From the sequence record CM031383.1: a DNA stretch of 32,000 nucleotides. The stretch is one strand, 5' to 3'. A program made the translations under genes and the position numbers. Shown here one piece after another: positions 19,401 to 30,720 of the stretch (position 1 is its first letter; every line of letters starts with the position of its first letter). The notes beneath the pieces were generated by a model. It ran no database searches. It was not told where the DNA came from and saw only the letters and a program-made list of their open reading frames with translations.

Positions 19401-21707
19401 TTCTTTTAAAAAAAAGAAATTCTTGTTTTTTGACAAGAATTTAGGTAATGTCATATTATTGTCTGTCATACTTGATTTTTTGTTATAATCAAAGTCTTTT
19501 TTGTTAGAGTCAAAATTTAATGTATTGTCAAAATCAAATAGTTCGGGCGCAAAAGAAAGATTTGGTTTTGAAACAAAAGATTTTCTTTCTACAAAAATTT
19601 TTTTCATTTCAAGTTGAATCTTTTCACTCGAACAAATATTGTTTTCAAAATTTGAATTCATTTGATATAGACTTTTTTTAACACTATTTTGAAGACAAAA
19701 TTGTATTTTTGTTAAATCTTTGTTCATAAATTTTGTGTTTTGAAAAGTTTTATATTTTTTTAAAAATGGAAGTAAATTAAATAAAAATAAAATATCTTTT
19801 TTCGAAAATTTGACTAAATTTTTTCTTTTTTTCTTTTTTTGTTGAAGAAAAGAAATTCCAAATTCTAAAAGAAAAAAGAAAGATTTCCAAAATTTTGTTT
19901 TTTGAATTTTTTCTTTGTTTAATAGTTTGGTATTTTCATTCATTTCTTTATTTGAATATTGATTTTCAATAAAAGAGTCAAAAGAGGAGTTCACAAAAAC
20001 ACTGTTTGTATTTTTTAAAAAAATAAAATCATTAAAAACAGATTTTTCATCTGTAAAAAACAATCTTTTATATTTTTTTGGAATAGAAGGTGACTTCACT
20101 GAAAAGTTGGGGTCATCGGCATTTTGTTGAAAATCAAAACTTCTTTTTTGAGAATCAAAACTTTCAGGCATAAGTGAAGAAAAAAAGAAAAATACAGAAA
20201 AATTTTGAAGAATTTTTTGTAATTGCTTATGAGTAGTTAGCTGACTATCTTTTTTAAAGAAATTCTCAAAAAAGAATTCTATAGAAGTATTAAAAATTAA
20301 AGATTTTTGGTAACTTTTTTGAAGAAATTTTTTCCAAATTTCTTGAATTGCAAAAGAAATAAATTTTTTTTGTTTTTGTTTATAAATATCGATGAAAATG
20401 TCTATTTGTTTTTGTTCTACAGTAGAAAAAAAAGACAATGGAGAATTTTTAGATTGTTCAAAAGAAGACGAAGACGAAATAGATTCTGAATTTTTTAAAG
20501 ATGTTAAAAAATTTTGTGTTTCGAAATTTTGCCAATTTGTTTGCTTTTGAAAAAAATTTTTTGGAAAAAATTGATTTCGATATTTTTCTTTTTTTTGTCT
20601 AAGTTTTTCTTTTTTATTTTGAAAAATTATTTGGTGTTCTTTTGTTTTTTCTTCTATAGTCAAAAATTTTTGCCATTTTAAATATAAATCTGTTGGTGAA
20701 CGAGTTAAACTTGAATTTTGTTCAGAATATTTCCATATATTTTCAATAGTTATTGTTTGAGTACAATAAATAATAGATTCTAAATCCTTTCTTTTCATAT
20801 CAAATAAAATACTTAAATAACTAGGATTTGTTTTAAAATACCAAAGATGGGTTACTGGTGCATTTAATTTAATATAACCTAATTGATAACGTCGAAGAAT
20901 TGACCAAGTATATTCAACATCACAATTTGGACAAAAAGAACGAGAAGTTTGTTCATGTTCTAAAATTTTTTTTGATTCAATTGCAGTTGGTTTTTTACGT
21001 TTCCCGCATGCACATTCAAAATCTTTTAAAGGTCCAAAAATACGTTCACAAAATAAACCTCCTTTACTAGGTTTAAAAGTTCTATAATGAAAAGTATTTG
21101 CATTTGTAACTTCTCCAAAAATTTTTCCATTTGGTAATTCTTTTTCAGCCCAAGATTGAATTTTTTCAGGTGATGCTAATCCGATTGTAACAAGTTTTAA
21201 TTCATGAATTTTTGAATACCCATTTAATAATTTTTTTTGAATTTTCTTTTTTTTTAGTTTAAAATTTTCATCAGAAAATGAAACTTGTTGATTTTCTAGC
21301 GTGACTTTTTCATGGGAACTTTTGACACCTAGGCAAGAGATACTTTTGCTAGGCTGGCAGCTTTTTACTGAAAAGCAAAAAGCTTGTTGGCAAACAGACA
21401 ACGTGTTGTTAAGTTTTGCAGGAGTAACGTTGTTTACTGAAGCTTTTTGCGATAAAGCTACTTGTTTATGATAATAAAAAAGAGGAAAACTTGATTTTCT
21501 AAATGTTTGTTTAAAATATATATTCTTTTGGTGAATCATTTTTTGTGAAAATTCAAATTGTAAAGAAGACATTCTTAAGAATTTTCGCTGTTGCCTGTTG
21601 GCTGTGACAGATAAAAAATGAGAATTCGAATGTAATTGATGTTTTTGAATGTTCTGTATTTTTCTTTCCAGATCAGAATTTAAATGGTCTATTATTTTTA
21701 ATAACAT
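16470..21707 (-). CDS. rpoC1: Plastid RNA polymerase beta' subunit (rpoC1-type), greatly expanded: 1745-codon uninterrupted ORF; true start uncertain
   Basis: The N-terminal conserved block is IGLASPEKIQSWAEKELPNGKIFGEVTNANTFHYRTFKPSKGGLFCERIFGPLKDFECACGK...VTHLWYFK. The C-terminal blocks are LPVLPPDLRP, GKRVDYSGRSVIVVGP, LLNRAPTLHRLGFQAF, the catalytic NADFDGDQMAVH, and the terminal YIRTTVGRI. The first ~165 codons are not conserved. Internal Met codons at aa 46 and 57 are alternative starts. Confidence 0.9.
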   Translation of the reverse strand: MLLKIIDHLNSDLERKIQNIQKHQLHSNSHFLSVTANRQQRKFLRMSSLQFEFSQKMIHQKNIYFKQTFRKSSFPLFYYHKQVALSQKASVNNVTPAKLNNTLSVCQQAFCFSVKSCQPSKSISCLGVKSSHEKVTLENQQVSFSDENFKLKKKKIQKKLLNGYSKIHELKLVTIGLASPEKIQSWAEKELPNGKIFGEVTNANTFHYRTFKPSKGGLFCERIFGPLKDFECACGKRKKPTAIESKKILEHEQTSRSFCPNCDVEYTWSILRRYQLGYIKLNAPVTHLWYFKTNPSYLSILFDMKRKDLESIIYCTQTITIENIWKYSEQNSSLTRSPTDLYLKWQKFLTIEEKTKEHQIIFQNKKEKLRQKKEKYRNQFFPKNFFQKQTNWQNFETQNFLTSLKNSESISSSSSFEQSKNSPLSFFSTVEQKQIDIFIDIYKQKQKKFISFAIQEIWKKFLQKSYQKSLIFNTSIEFFFENFFKKDSQLTTHKQLQKILQNFSVFFFFSSLMPESFDSQKRSFDFQQNADDPNFSVKSPSIPKKYKRLFFTDEKSVFNDFIFLKNTNSVFVNSSFDSFIENQYSNKEMNENTKLLNKEKIQKTKFWKSFFFLLEFGISFLQQKKKKRKNLVKFSKKDILFLFNLLPFLKKYKTFQNTKFMNKDLTKIQFCLQNSVKKSLYQMNSNFENNICSSEKIQLEMKKIFVERKSFVSKPNLSFAPELFDFDNTLNFDSNKKDFDYNKKSSMTDNNMTLPKFLSKNKNFFFLKEKIDFLQAKQIDKNISFLEIFTISIHFEKILCFLKTYYEIDFCSIFYNSIFFSSFPEKTNEIKKLSDVNKNLLSQKSLNIKKWDSIFEQGVEIFVQKSQIYSLLEKVSFEYFTFLLYLFKSNFLFSNSSNSQLILENWRNKKENIHLCIESSKVQNSLFFLLNSISFVFFSKNKKKVNKTPKIFHVHQNATDINQAPHFDEHRNLSDESRTTPKLKLNDFKQEKSFENKQLHIEKKIFFKNTKKRDITEKIYISNKQLTSKVKFHQRKKQIELNKFTKFFHLSSIVPSSKQNSKSQQNSFSVDNKKNQFGKKNQIQKISKNGQNLIKKKQKKANFAHFAGVSSITEPNTANLSISLLGWQSKNLSNWEKINQKVPLKTSPPKTNTYLKNKVLTIAYNYVWNNDADWKYFVYYNSLFLNEFEDIPIFIYRSTLNFSEKSRRSTKLKKEAYSTSKKTKNESFLPFFDFDFSTKNFLVGAGILEKLLTEYTSVELRKMTIQHQILLPKIQQTLRFLKQAAKTKKDSLKIQKYFQKREHIIRRLKFLRKFSRRNSNPNFMILRNLPVLPPDLRPILKLQNQIAASDLNRFYQRIIYRNERFKKFAKDSATNQSFEIKYAQRLLQEAVDNLIQNGKGSVKPETNSRGQPLKSLSEILKGKQGRFRQYLLGKRVDYSGRSVIVVGPELKLYECGIPKEMALELFLPFLIQYILKYKLAQTVIGAKNLLKSDSTFTIHLLQKVMKNVPVLLNRAPTLHRLGFQAFLPKLIDGRAILLHPMVCPAFNADFDGDQMAVHIPLTVEARTEAWKFMLSINNFINSATGEPVLLPSQDMVLGCYFLTNDFLAKFVGIQFSNFLKKQNDFLKKNESFSSTKLNFYNFVLQNKSFLFFQNFNSVITAYQRKEIFIHTPIWMKVNGPVDFGNDSSKPVEIRLRLNGTWEKIQPKYTIIYDRQNNILDKYIRTTVGRILMNLMIQECIHSSFL

Positions 21708-22251
21708 TTATAATGATTTAATCTTTACGATAGAATCTTTTTTTACAAAATACAATCCATGATTTTTACAACTTTTGTATTTTTACAAACTCTATTAAAT
21801 AGTTTGTAAAACTCTACAAAAATTTGAACAATAAACTCTTGTTAAAGATAAAAAAAATGCATGTACAAAATAGACAAATAAAAACTTTTAAAGTTTTTAG
21901 AAAAATTGATTTTTTCGTTTATTTGATCTTTATTGTTTCAACCAATTATAAATTATTGTTTCAAACAATTACAGATCTAGGCAAAAATTGTTTCGTATTA
22001 AAAACTCCAAAACAAATAAAAAATTGAAAAGGTTACGCTAGCAGCTCTGGCCCTAGCCTTTATAAAAAAGCTGGCTAGTGCAACTTTTCGCCTTTTGAGT
22101 TGTTGCTTTTCTTTTTTGCAACAAGAAAAGCAACAGCTCATTGAAAGTTAGACCGAAAAAAAATGCTATTTTAATATTGACAAAAAAAATTGTTTAACAG
22201 ATTTAAAAAAAATCTAGAAAATAGAAACTGAATCTTCAAAAAAAATAAAAT

Positions 22252-22323
22252 CTGGGGCGGAAGGATTCGAACCTACGAATGTCGGTGCCAAAAACCGATG
22301 CCTTACCACTTGGCGACGCCCCA
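22252..22323 (-). tRNA. trnQ-UUG: tRNA-Gln (anticodon UUG)
   Basis: The minus strand reads tggggcgtcgccaagtggtaaggcatcggtttttggcaccgacattcgtaggttcgaatccttccgccccag. It has the plastid-type U1-A72 start and anticodon loop ttttggc. Confidence 0.92.
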
Positions 22324-22548
22324 TACGAACACCCAAGAATTTCTTCCATAAAAAAAAATGTTATGCTGCTTCTATAAAAGTTCTGACATGATCTATTTTT
22401 TTTTTTTAAGAAAATTCTGGGCTTGCTTAATAAAATAACATTTTCTAATAAAAAAATCAACTTCTTTTTGAAAAGTTTCTAATTTTTAAAAAGTTTTAAA
22501 ACTTTTCAAAAAATTATTTTACGAACTTAAAAAAAACTCAAAAAGAAT

Positions 22549-22621
22549 TACACCGTATAGGAGTTGAACCTATCTAAAAACGATTATGAGTCGATTGCCT
22601 AATCCGCTCGGCCAACGGTGT
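22549..22621 (-). tRNA. tRNA with CAU anticodon (Met by anticodon; features resemble lysidine-type tRNA-Ile)
   Basis: The minus strand reads acaccgttggccgagcggattaggcaatcgactcataatcgtttttagataggttcaactcctatacggtgta. It has a perfect 7-bp acceptor stem and anticodon loop ctcataa. It lacks the three G-C pairs typical of initiator tRNA. The D-arm and T-arm resemble plastid trnI-CAU as I remember it. Confidence 0.85.
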
Positions 22622-22740
22622 GTTTATATTTTAAATATATTTGTTTCGATGAAAAACAAATACAAATCATTTTAAACTATTTAATTATAAATGTTTTTTG
22701 AATTTCTCTTTTTCAAAGAATCTAAAAAGTTTTTAAATAC

Positions 22741-22805
22741 TTAGTAGTTGCCAATGGTGATGAAATCATCAACCGCTGCTACTAAGTATTTAAAAAAAAC
22801 AAAGT
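22741..22805. promoter_or_regulatory. Inverted repeat downstream of petB (putative 3' stem-loop)
   Basis: The arms are ttttaaatacttagtag (22741-22757) and ctactaagtatttaaaa (22789-22805), with an inner ggtgatga/tcatcaacc helix. It lies about 28 nt 3' of the petB stop. Confidence 0.6.
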
Positions 22806-22832
22806 TTTTAGCAAACTTCTATTGTTCGATAA

Positions 22833-23501
<669 letters not shown>

Positions 23502-24062
23502 TTATAATACCATTAAACGAAGAAATAAAAAATGAAAAATTTTTCATTTTTTTAATTGTAATTATAAGCTTTAACTTACTCAGTTCAAGAACTATTCTTT
23601 GACTTTAGTCTTCCATTTATACTTGTTTTCCCTGTTTTCGGGAAGAGCTGCGGCTGAACCTGGGTGCGGAAAACCTAGTCAGAACTGTTAACACAACCTT
23701 GCACAACTTCTAAAAAGCTGCTAGGCTTGCCACTTTCTTTATTCAAGCCAAAATTTTTCCCCAGACTAGAGTTTAAACCTAGGTTTAGGCTGAAGATGTA
23801 GCCTGTATTTGCAGTAAAAACGACCACTAGCTCTGCACAATTTTTTGTGCAAAGCTAGCTGCTTAAATATAAAGTTTCTAAAGATAAAGTTTATTAAGCC
23901 TGAAGCTAAAAAGTGGTGAATAAAAGAAAAGCATAGAAACAGTTGATAAAATTTTTGAAATTTAAACTTCTAACTGTTGTGCAGTTCGTATATAAACATC
24001 AATTTATTGATGCTAAATTTTACGTCCAAAAACTGACTATTTACTTTTTCTAAAAAATCAAA

Positions 24063-24094
24063 AGCCTTGCCCTTTTTTTTTTTAAGGGCAGGCT
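24063..24094. promoter_or_regulatory. Short GC-containing hairpin downstream of rps18
   Basis: agccttgccctt-ttttttttt-aagggcaggct, about 25 nt 3' of the rps18 stop. One arm has a single-base bulge. Confidence 0.5.
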
Positions 24095-24119
24095 GAAGAA
24101 AATATTCAAATGAAAAAAA

Positions 24120-24704
24120 TTATCTAAAAAAACTTCTTTCTTTTGTTACAAAAGGTAATAAGCCCATAATTCGAGCACTTTTAATTGTTTTTGCAACATA
24201 ACGTTGTTGTTTTGCTGTTAATTTTGTTTGTCTACGAGGTAAAATTTTTCCTCCTAAACCAATATAACGTTGAAGCAACCCACAATGTTTATAATCGATA
24301 ATACGTCGATTATAAATATATTTTTCTGGTTTATCTTTAAAAAGAAGAATAAAAGACTTAGGTGGAATAATTGGTTTAAATGGTTTTTTACGTTTTTTTT
24401 GTTCTAATTTACGTTGTTTTTTTTGATGAACACGTGCTAAAATTTGAGATACAGATAAAACTTTGCGTCGAGCATTATTGCCTCCTTTTGCGAACGTTGA
24501 TTTTGCAAAATTTGAAGAAGTTTTACGTGAAGTCATATTTCCATTTCCAATTCCATTTTGTTTTTTCTGGATTCCTTGTTTTAAATTTGAAGAAACTAAT
24601 GGTACACCATTTGTCATTTCTAGATTTTGACTTTGAGTATTATTTGTATTATTTGATGAATTTGAATTAATTAAAGAAAAATCATCAAAAGATTGATTGT
24701 TCAT
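24120..24704 (-). CDS. rps18: 30S ribosomal protein S18 with long N-terminal extension (194 aa)
   Basis: The C-terminal ~60 aa are the S18 core: [50 protein letters not shown]. The N-terminal ~125 aa are N/S/Q/K-rich. ATG at 24704. Confidence 0.88.
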   Translation of the reverse strand: MNNQSFDDFSLINSNSSNNTNNTQSQNLEMTNGVPLVSSNLKQGIQKKQNGIGNGNMTSRKTSSNFAKSTFAKGGNNARRKVLSVSQILARVHQKKQRKLEQKKRKKPFKPIIPPKSFILLFKDKPEKYIYNRRIIDYKHCGLLQRYIGLGGKILPRRQTKLTAKQQRYVAKTIKSARIMGLLPFVTKERSFFR

Positions 24705-25053
24705 AAAAAAAAATAAATTTTATTAAAGTCTATTTTTTTGCTTGTGTTTAATATGTATTTCTTTATGTAAAAAATCATTGTTTTAAGTTGTTTAAAAAGA
24801 ACTGTTGAAAAATCTTTTTAACAACAAAATAAAAATAGAAACCATAAAATACTCAAAAATCACAAGTTAGCATATATATACTTTATATGCTTTAAATTAA
24901 AGTCCAAGGAGAAATTTTTCGAGTTTGATTTTTATTAATAACTAATTACTAATAAATAGAATATTTAAGTCTTAAATACTAGTAAATTAAGTATCGACTT
25001 TTTTTTTTGAGTTTTTTAAACTTTTAATCCAAAAAGAAAAAATCAAAAAAATT

Positions 25054-25112
25054 TTTTGCTTACAATTTTGTAATAATAGTATATTCTATTCTTAACAAAA
25101 TTATAAGCAAAA
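25054..25112. promoter_or_regulatory. Inverted repeat in the atpB 3' region (putative 3' stem-loop)
   Basis: The arms are ttttgcttacaattttgt (25054-25071) and acaaaattataagcaaaa (25095-25112) with one mismatch. It lies about 130 nt 3' of the atpB stop. Confidence 0.5.
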
Positions 25113-25238
25113 ATTGTTTGAAAAAGCTAAAAGCCTTAACTGTTAAAAAATAATGATACACGAATAACTTATTACTTTACAATCGTCTATTGTTTTTTCA
25201 AGAGAGCGTTCATTGTAAAGGAAAAATTTTTCCAAAAA

Positions 25239-26699
<1,461 letters not shown>

Positions 26700-27374
26700 C
26701 TAAATATAGACATTTTAACTTACTTTGTTTTACAGCAGTTTCCTTGAAAACTTAGCGACATGTCTTGATTTACGAATAAAATCAGCAAGTCGCAAGCTTC
26801 TACTTAGCCAAAGACAAATCGATTGTTTCATGAATAACTTGGCAACTTGTCAAGCTGCTTTTCTAGTGCTTTGCTAGAGCTTCACTTATGCTGAAGACTT
26901 TGTACAAGTTCAGCACTTCGCTTGCGAAGCAACCCTAGCCCTAGCTGGCCAGCATAGCTTCACTTGGAAGTAAAGGCAGGCAAGAAGTAACTAACCCTAG
27001 CCGGCCGGCTAGGGGCAAAGTTGTTTGCAAACTTATTTGCAAATAGCATTAGAAAAGTGAGCCCTTACACTCGAGTACGAAGCTTAGCGCTGTCGCACTT
27101 TTCGTACCTGCTAGTCTTACAATCGATAGTGAGCAGCTAAAAGCTGAGGCATTATTTAAACAAAGAATGCAAATCAGTATTCAAAAAAAAACTGCTTAGC
27201 TAATAAAACTACTGCGAAAATAATAAAATTTCATAAGACAAATAAAATTTTGAAATTTTTTGTTTCAAGAAAATTGACTTTAGCAAAATTCAAGAGTTTT
27301 TCTAACGCTTACTTTAAAAATTTTTTGACGAAGTCATTTTTTTGCTATAAGCAAAAACCTTTTTTCGTTTTTTA

Positions 27375-27448
27375 TCGGGATGACAGGATTCGAACCTGCG
27401 ACCCTATGCTCCCAAAGCATATGCGCTACCAAACTGCGCTACATCCCG
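27375..27448 (-). tRNA. trnP-UGG: tRNA-Pro (anticodon UGG)
   Basis: The minus strand reads cgggatgtagcgcagtttggtagcgcatatgctttgggagcatagggtcgcaggttcgaatcctgtcatcccga. The anticodon loop is tttggga. Confidence 0.92.
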
Positions 27449-27833
27449 TTTTTTCTTTATATTTTATAAAGTTTTTTCATTTTTAAATTTTTCAAAAATC
27501 TTGCTTTTTTAATATTTTTCAAAGAGTTTTTGTATACAAAGTTTTTGTCAAAATTTTTAGACTAGATTGGGCAATTTTTGTTTTGATTTTTTCTCTTTTG
27601 GCTTTTCATGTTTGTTCACCAAATTGACTATTGATTCAAAAACAAAAAATTTTTTCTTTTTTTGAACTCTTCAAATTTATAAATATTATATTTATTTTTT
27701 TGAAAAAAAGCAATACCTTATTTTTCTTTTTATTTTTCACTTACAGACTTTCCAACTAAGCAAACTGCTTTAAAAAAAAAATAAACAAAAGTTTTTTTTT
27801 GCTTCTAATAAAAAATGTTCTTTTATTAAAAAA

Positions 27834-27867
27834 TGTTTGATCTGTGTATTTTTACACAGATCAAACA
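27834..27867. promoter_or_regulatory. Inverted repeat downstream of tufA (putative 3' stem-loop)
   Basis: The arms are tgtttgatctgtgta (27834-27848) and tacacagatcaaaca (27853-27867), perfect 15-bp complements with a 4-nt loop. It lies about 95 nt 3' of the tufA stop. Confidence 0.6.
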
Positions 27868-27962
27868 ATATTGTAAACAAAAGTTATTTAGGCATAAACA
27901 AAAAACTTGAGTTCAAAAAAATGTGGTTTTTTCTCATAATCAAGTTTTTACAATAACCAAAA

Positions 27963-29219
27963 TTATTCTAAAATATTTGTAACAACACCAGCACCTACCG
28001 TACGACCACCTTCACGAATAGCAAAACGCATTCCTTTTTCAACAGCTACTGGATAAATTAATTGAACTGTTACTTCAATACGGTCTCCAGGCATAGCCAT
28101 TTTATTTGAATGTTCTTCAGCTACTGAAGAAGGGTTTTTCATTTGAATATGACTAAAACTTACGATTTTTCCAGTTACATCAGTAGTACGAATAAAGAAT
28201 TGTGGTTGATATCCAACTAAAAAAGGTGAATGACGACCACCTTCTTCTTTTGTTAAAACATAAACTTGTGCTTCAAATTTTGTATGTGGAGTAATTGAAC
28301 CTGGTTTAGCTAAAACCATTCCACGCTCTACATCTTTTTTTTGAATACCACGTAAAAGTACACCAACATTATCACCAGCCATTGTTTCATCTAATGTTTT
28401 TTTGAACATTTCAAGACCTGTAACAACTGTAGATTTTGTATCTTTTAATCCAACAAGTTCAACGTTTTCACCTACTTTTAAAGTTCCTCTTTCAACACGT
28501 CCTGTTGCTACAGTTCCACGACCTGTAATAGATAAAACATCTTCAACTGCTAATAAGAAAGGTTTTTCTGTTTCACGATCTGGTGTTGGAATGTATTTAT
28601 CTACTTGATCCATTAAATCATAGATTTTGTCTACCCATTTATTTTCACCACGTTTAACTGAAGGGTTTTCAACTAGAGCTTCTAAAGCTAATAAAGCTGA
28701 TCCGCTTACTACTGGAATTTCATCTCCTGGAAATTCATATTTATCTAATGTTTCACGAACTTCTAATTCAACTAATTCTAATAATTCAGCATCATCAACT
28801 TGGTCTTCTTTATTTAAGAATACAACCATGTTTGGTACACCTACTTGTTTTGCTAATAAGATGTGTTCTTTTGTTTGAGGCATTGGACCATCTGCACCTG
28901 ATACTACTAAAATAGCACCATCCATTTGTGCAGCACCTGTAATCATGTTTTTAACATAGTCAGCGTGACCTGGACAATCTACGTGTGCATAGTGACGATT
29001 TTCAGTTTCGTATTCTACGTGTGCAGTATTAATCGTAATACCACGAGCTTTTTCTTCTGGAGAAGAATCGATTTCATCATATTTTTTTCCTGTTGCCCCA
29101 CCTTGAGCAGCTAAAGCCATAGTAATTGCTGCTGTTAAAGTTGTTTTTCCATGGTCTACGTGACCAATAGTACCAATATTTACGTGTGGTTTTTTACGTT
29201 CAAATTTTGCGCGTGCCAT
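27963..29219 (-). CDS. tufA: Translation elongation factor Tu (418 aa)
   Basis: The ATG at 29219 gives [33 protein letters not shown]...DCPGHADY...NKEDQVDD. The track ORF starts at an upstream TTG (29258). A plastid-encoded tufA is typical of algae. Confidence 0.97.
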   Translation of the reverse strand: MARAKFERKKPHVNIGTIGHVDHGKTTLTAAITMALAAQGGATGKKYDEIDSSPEEKARGITINTAHVEYETENRHYAHVDCPGHADYVKNMITGAAQMDGAILVVSGADGPMPQTKEHILLAKQVGVPNMVVFLNKEDQVDDAELLELVELEVRETLDKYEFPGDEIPVVSGSALLALEALVENPSVKRGENKWVDKIYDLMDQVDKYIPTPDRETEKPFLLAVEDVLSITGRGTVATGRVERGTLKVGENVELVGLKDTKSTVVTGLEMFKKTLDETMAGDNVGVLLRGIQKKDVERGMVLAKPGSITPHTKFEAQVYVLTKEEGGRHSPFLVGYQPQFFIRTTDVTGKIVSFSHIQMKNPSSVAEEHSNKMAMPGDRIEVTVQLIYPVAVEKGMRFAIREGGRTVGAGVVTNILE

Positions 29220-29473
29220 AAAAATTGTAAGAATTTTGTATTTTTCTGTATAAGCCAATTTTCCAAGTAATTAAAGTTTACCATAAATTTTGAAAGTTTG
29301 AAACTTTTATTGAACAAAAAAATTTTCAAAAATTTATAAAATTGGTTTTAAATAGACAATATTCAAAACTATTTTGACTTTTTTTCTTTTATTTCAAAAA
29401 AGAGAAATGAAAATTCGGAAATAGATAAAGATGTTACTCACCTAAACCAAAACTATTCGACGAATTTAGTTGA

Positions 29474-29546
29474 TAGGCCCAACCGGACTTGAACCGATGA
29501 CCTATTGCTTGTAAGGCAATCACTCTACCAACTGAGTTATGGGCCT
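29474..29546 (-). tRNA. trnV-UAC: tRNA-Val (anticodon UAC), no intron
   Basis: The minus strand reads aggcccataactcagttggtagagtgattgccttacaagcaataggtcatcggttcaagtccggttgggccta. The acceptor stem is perfect and the anticodon loop is cttacaa. Confidence 0.92.
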
Positions 29547-29786
29547 AAATATAATACATATTTTAGAGTAAAAATAAAATATTTGCAACTTTAAAAAAAA
29601 GTTTTGATTTTTAAGTTGAAAAAAACTTAAAAATATTTTACTCATAGAAAATAGTGACTAAAAAAACAACTTCATCAAATAAAAATAAAAAATCAAAATC
29701 TGTTAGCGGTTGTCTCAGCTTGCTCGGCCCTTAACCGGCGCTGCCTTCGTAACTTCCTGGCCTTCTTTTACTAAGTAACCAGCATC

Positions 29787-29914
29787 GCTTCGCTAACGAA
29801 GTAACTTGCCCAGCTTTAGTATTTTTTAATTGAGTAATTACTCAATAAAAAAATACTAAAGCTCAACAAATAAGAACAACAGCTCTGAGAAGCAAGTTAC
29901 TTCGTAAGCGAAGC
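29787..29914. repeat. Nested palindromes (outer 23-nt arms, inner ~50-nt palindrome)
   Basis: The outer arms are gcttcgctaacgaagtaacttgc (29787-29809) and gcaagttacttcgtaagcgaagc (29892-29914), with 1 mismatch. The inner palindrome is gctttagtattttttaattgagtaa/ttactcaataaaaaaatactaaagc (29813-29862). Confidence 0.8.
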
Positions 29915-30146
29915 AAAAAGATAAAAAGCTTCTTATTTTTTATTTTTATTTATCTTAATAATATTATTTTATTGATGGATATTTATTCACTAGACTTTAA
30001 TGCAAAAACAAAAGTTTAAACCTGAAAAGTTTATAAAAAATTTTTTTTATTCTTTCATAATATGGAATTTTTTTGTTTTAAAAAGAACTCGTTTTTTAGT
30101 CATTTATTTTTGTGAGCTTTTAGAACTCATAAATAAATGCATTTTT

Positions 30147-30220
30147 TGAGCAAGGAGGGATTCGAACCCCCGACTCTGTGGTTCGTAGCCACATGCTCTA
30201 GTCCACTGAGCTACATGCCC
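30147..30220 (-). tRNA. trnR-ACG: tRNA-Arg (anticodon ACG)
   Basis: The minus strand reads gggcatgtagctcagtggactagagcatgtggctacgaaccacagagtcgggggttcgaatccctccttgctca. The anticodon loop is ctacgaa. The acceptor stem has one G.U pair and one T.T mismatch. Confidence 0.88.
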
Positions 30221-30396
30221 CAAATAAAAACAATACTTAAAAAATATTGAAAATATATTCATAAAACTTCTTGTTTGTTCAAAAGCTATTTTATAATGAA
30301 ACTTTAACAAAATCAACTTTTTTAAGTAGAAAAAGAAAAATTTATTATTTTCATGAGTTTTTAACAAGTTCATTTCGAAATTTATTTCTATTTTTT

Positions 30397-30455
30397 AAAA
30401 AATGTTTCACTTTTTTGATGATAAAAAAACTCATCAAAAAAGTGAAACATTTTTT
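30397..30455. promoter_or_regulatory. Inverted repeat downstream of psbM (putative 3' stem-loop)
   Basis: The arms are aaaaaatgtttcacttttttgatga (30397-30421) and tcatcaaaaaagtgaaacatttttt (30431-30455), perfect 25-nt complements. It lies about 57 nt 3' of the psbM stop. Confidence 0.6.
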
Positions 30456-30511
30456 ATAAATTAATTTATGAATAAAAATCGTTTTTTTTATTCTTTTAAA
30501 AAAGAAAAAAA

Positions 30512-30619
30512 TTAAGCTGATTCATTTGAAGCAGTTTTTACATATAAAATTAAAAGAAATGAAGTAGGAATGATAATAAATAATGCTGTTGCTGTTAATC
30601 CAAAGATATTAACTTCCAT
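30512..30619 (-). CDS. psbM: Photosystem II protein M (35 aa), below the ORF-track length cutoff
   Basis: The minus strand atggaagttaatatctttggattaacagcaacagcattatttattatcattcctacttcatttcttttaattttatatgtaaaaactgcttcaaatgaatcagcttaa translates to [35 protein letters not shown]. This matches the PsbM pattern MEVNI...ATALFI..PT.FLLI.YVKT. Confidence 0.88.
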   Translation of the reverse strand: MEVNIFGLTATALFIIIPTSFLLILYVKTASNESA

Positions 30620-30720
30620 AAATTTTTTTAAGAAAAATTTTTAAATATTGTTTTCTCAAACTCAGTTATTTGAAAAATTCTCATTTTGTTTTTTCCTTTC
30701 AATTGTTGCCTTTATTTTTT

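Noticed and set aside
22236-22460. ORF 22236..22460 (-); likewise 27250..27486 (+) and 30104..30373 (-)
   Set aside because: Each overlaps a well-folded tRNA gene (trnQ, trnP and trnR respectively), which supplies the only stop-free GC-richer part. They are artefacts.
23571-23580. Shared 10-mer ttaacttact upstream of both petB (23571-23580) and atpB (26715-26724)
   Set aside because: There are only two occurrences, at different distances from the start codons (about 90 versus about 30 nt). The motif is too short for this composition to support a regulatory claim.
27092-27098. Minus-strand GTGCGAC, identical to the group II intron 5' consensus, in the atpB upstream region
   Set aside because: No plausible exon lies upstream (no psaA exon-1-like coding sequence). 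I found no domain V-like hairpin or other group II features nearby, and a 7-mer is expected by chance.
27741-27759. ttacagactttccaactaa (27741-27759) resembling ttacagctatccaactaa (31261-31278)
   Set aside because: There are only two imperfect copies and no consistent position relative to genes. They probably belong to the general pool of short dispersed repeats and cannot be evaluated without a whole-genome census.
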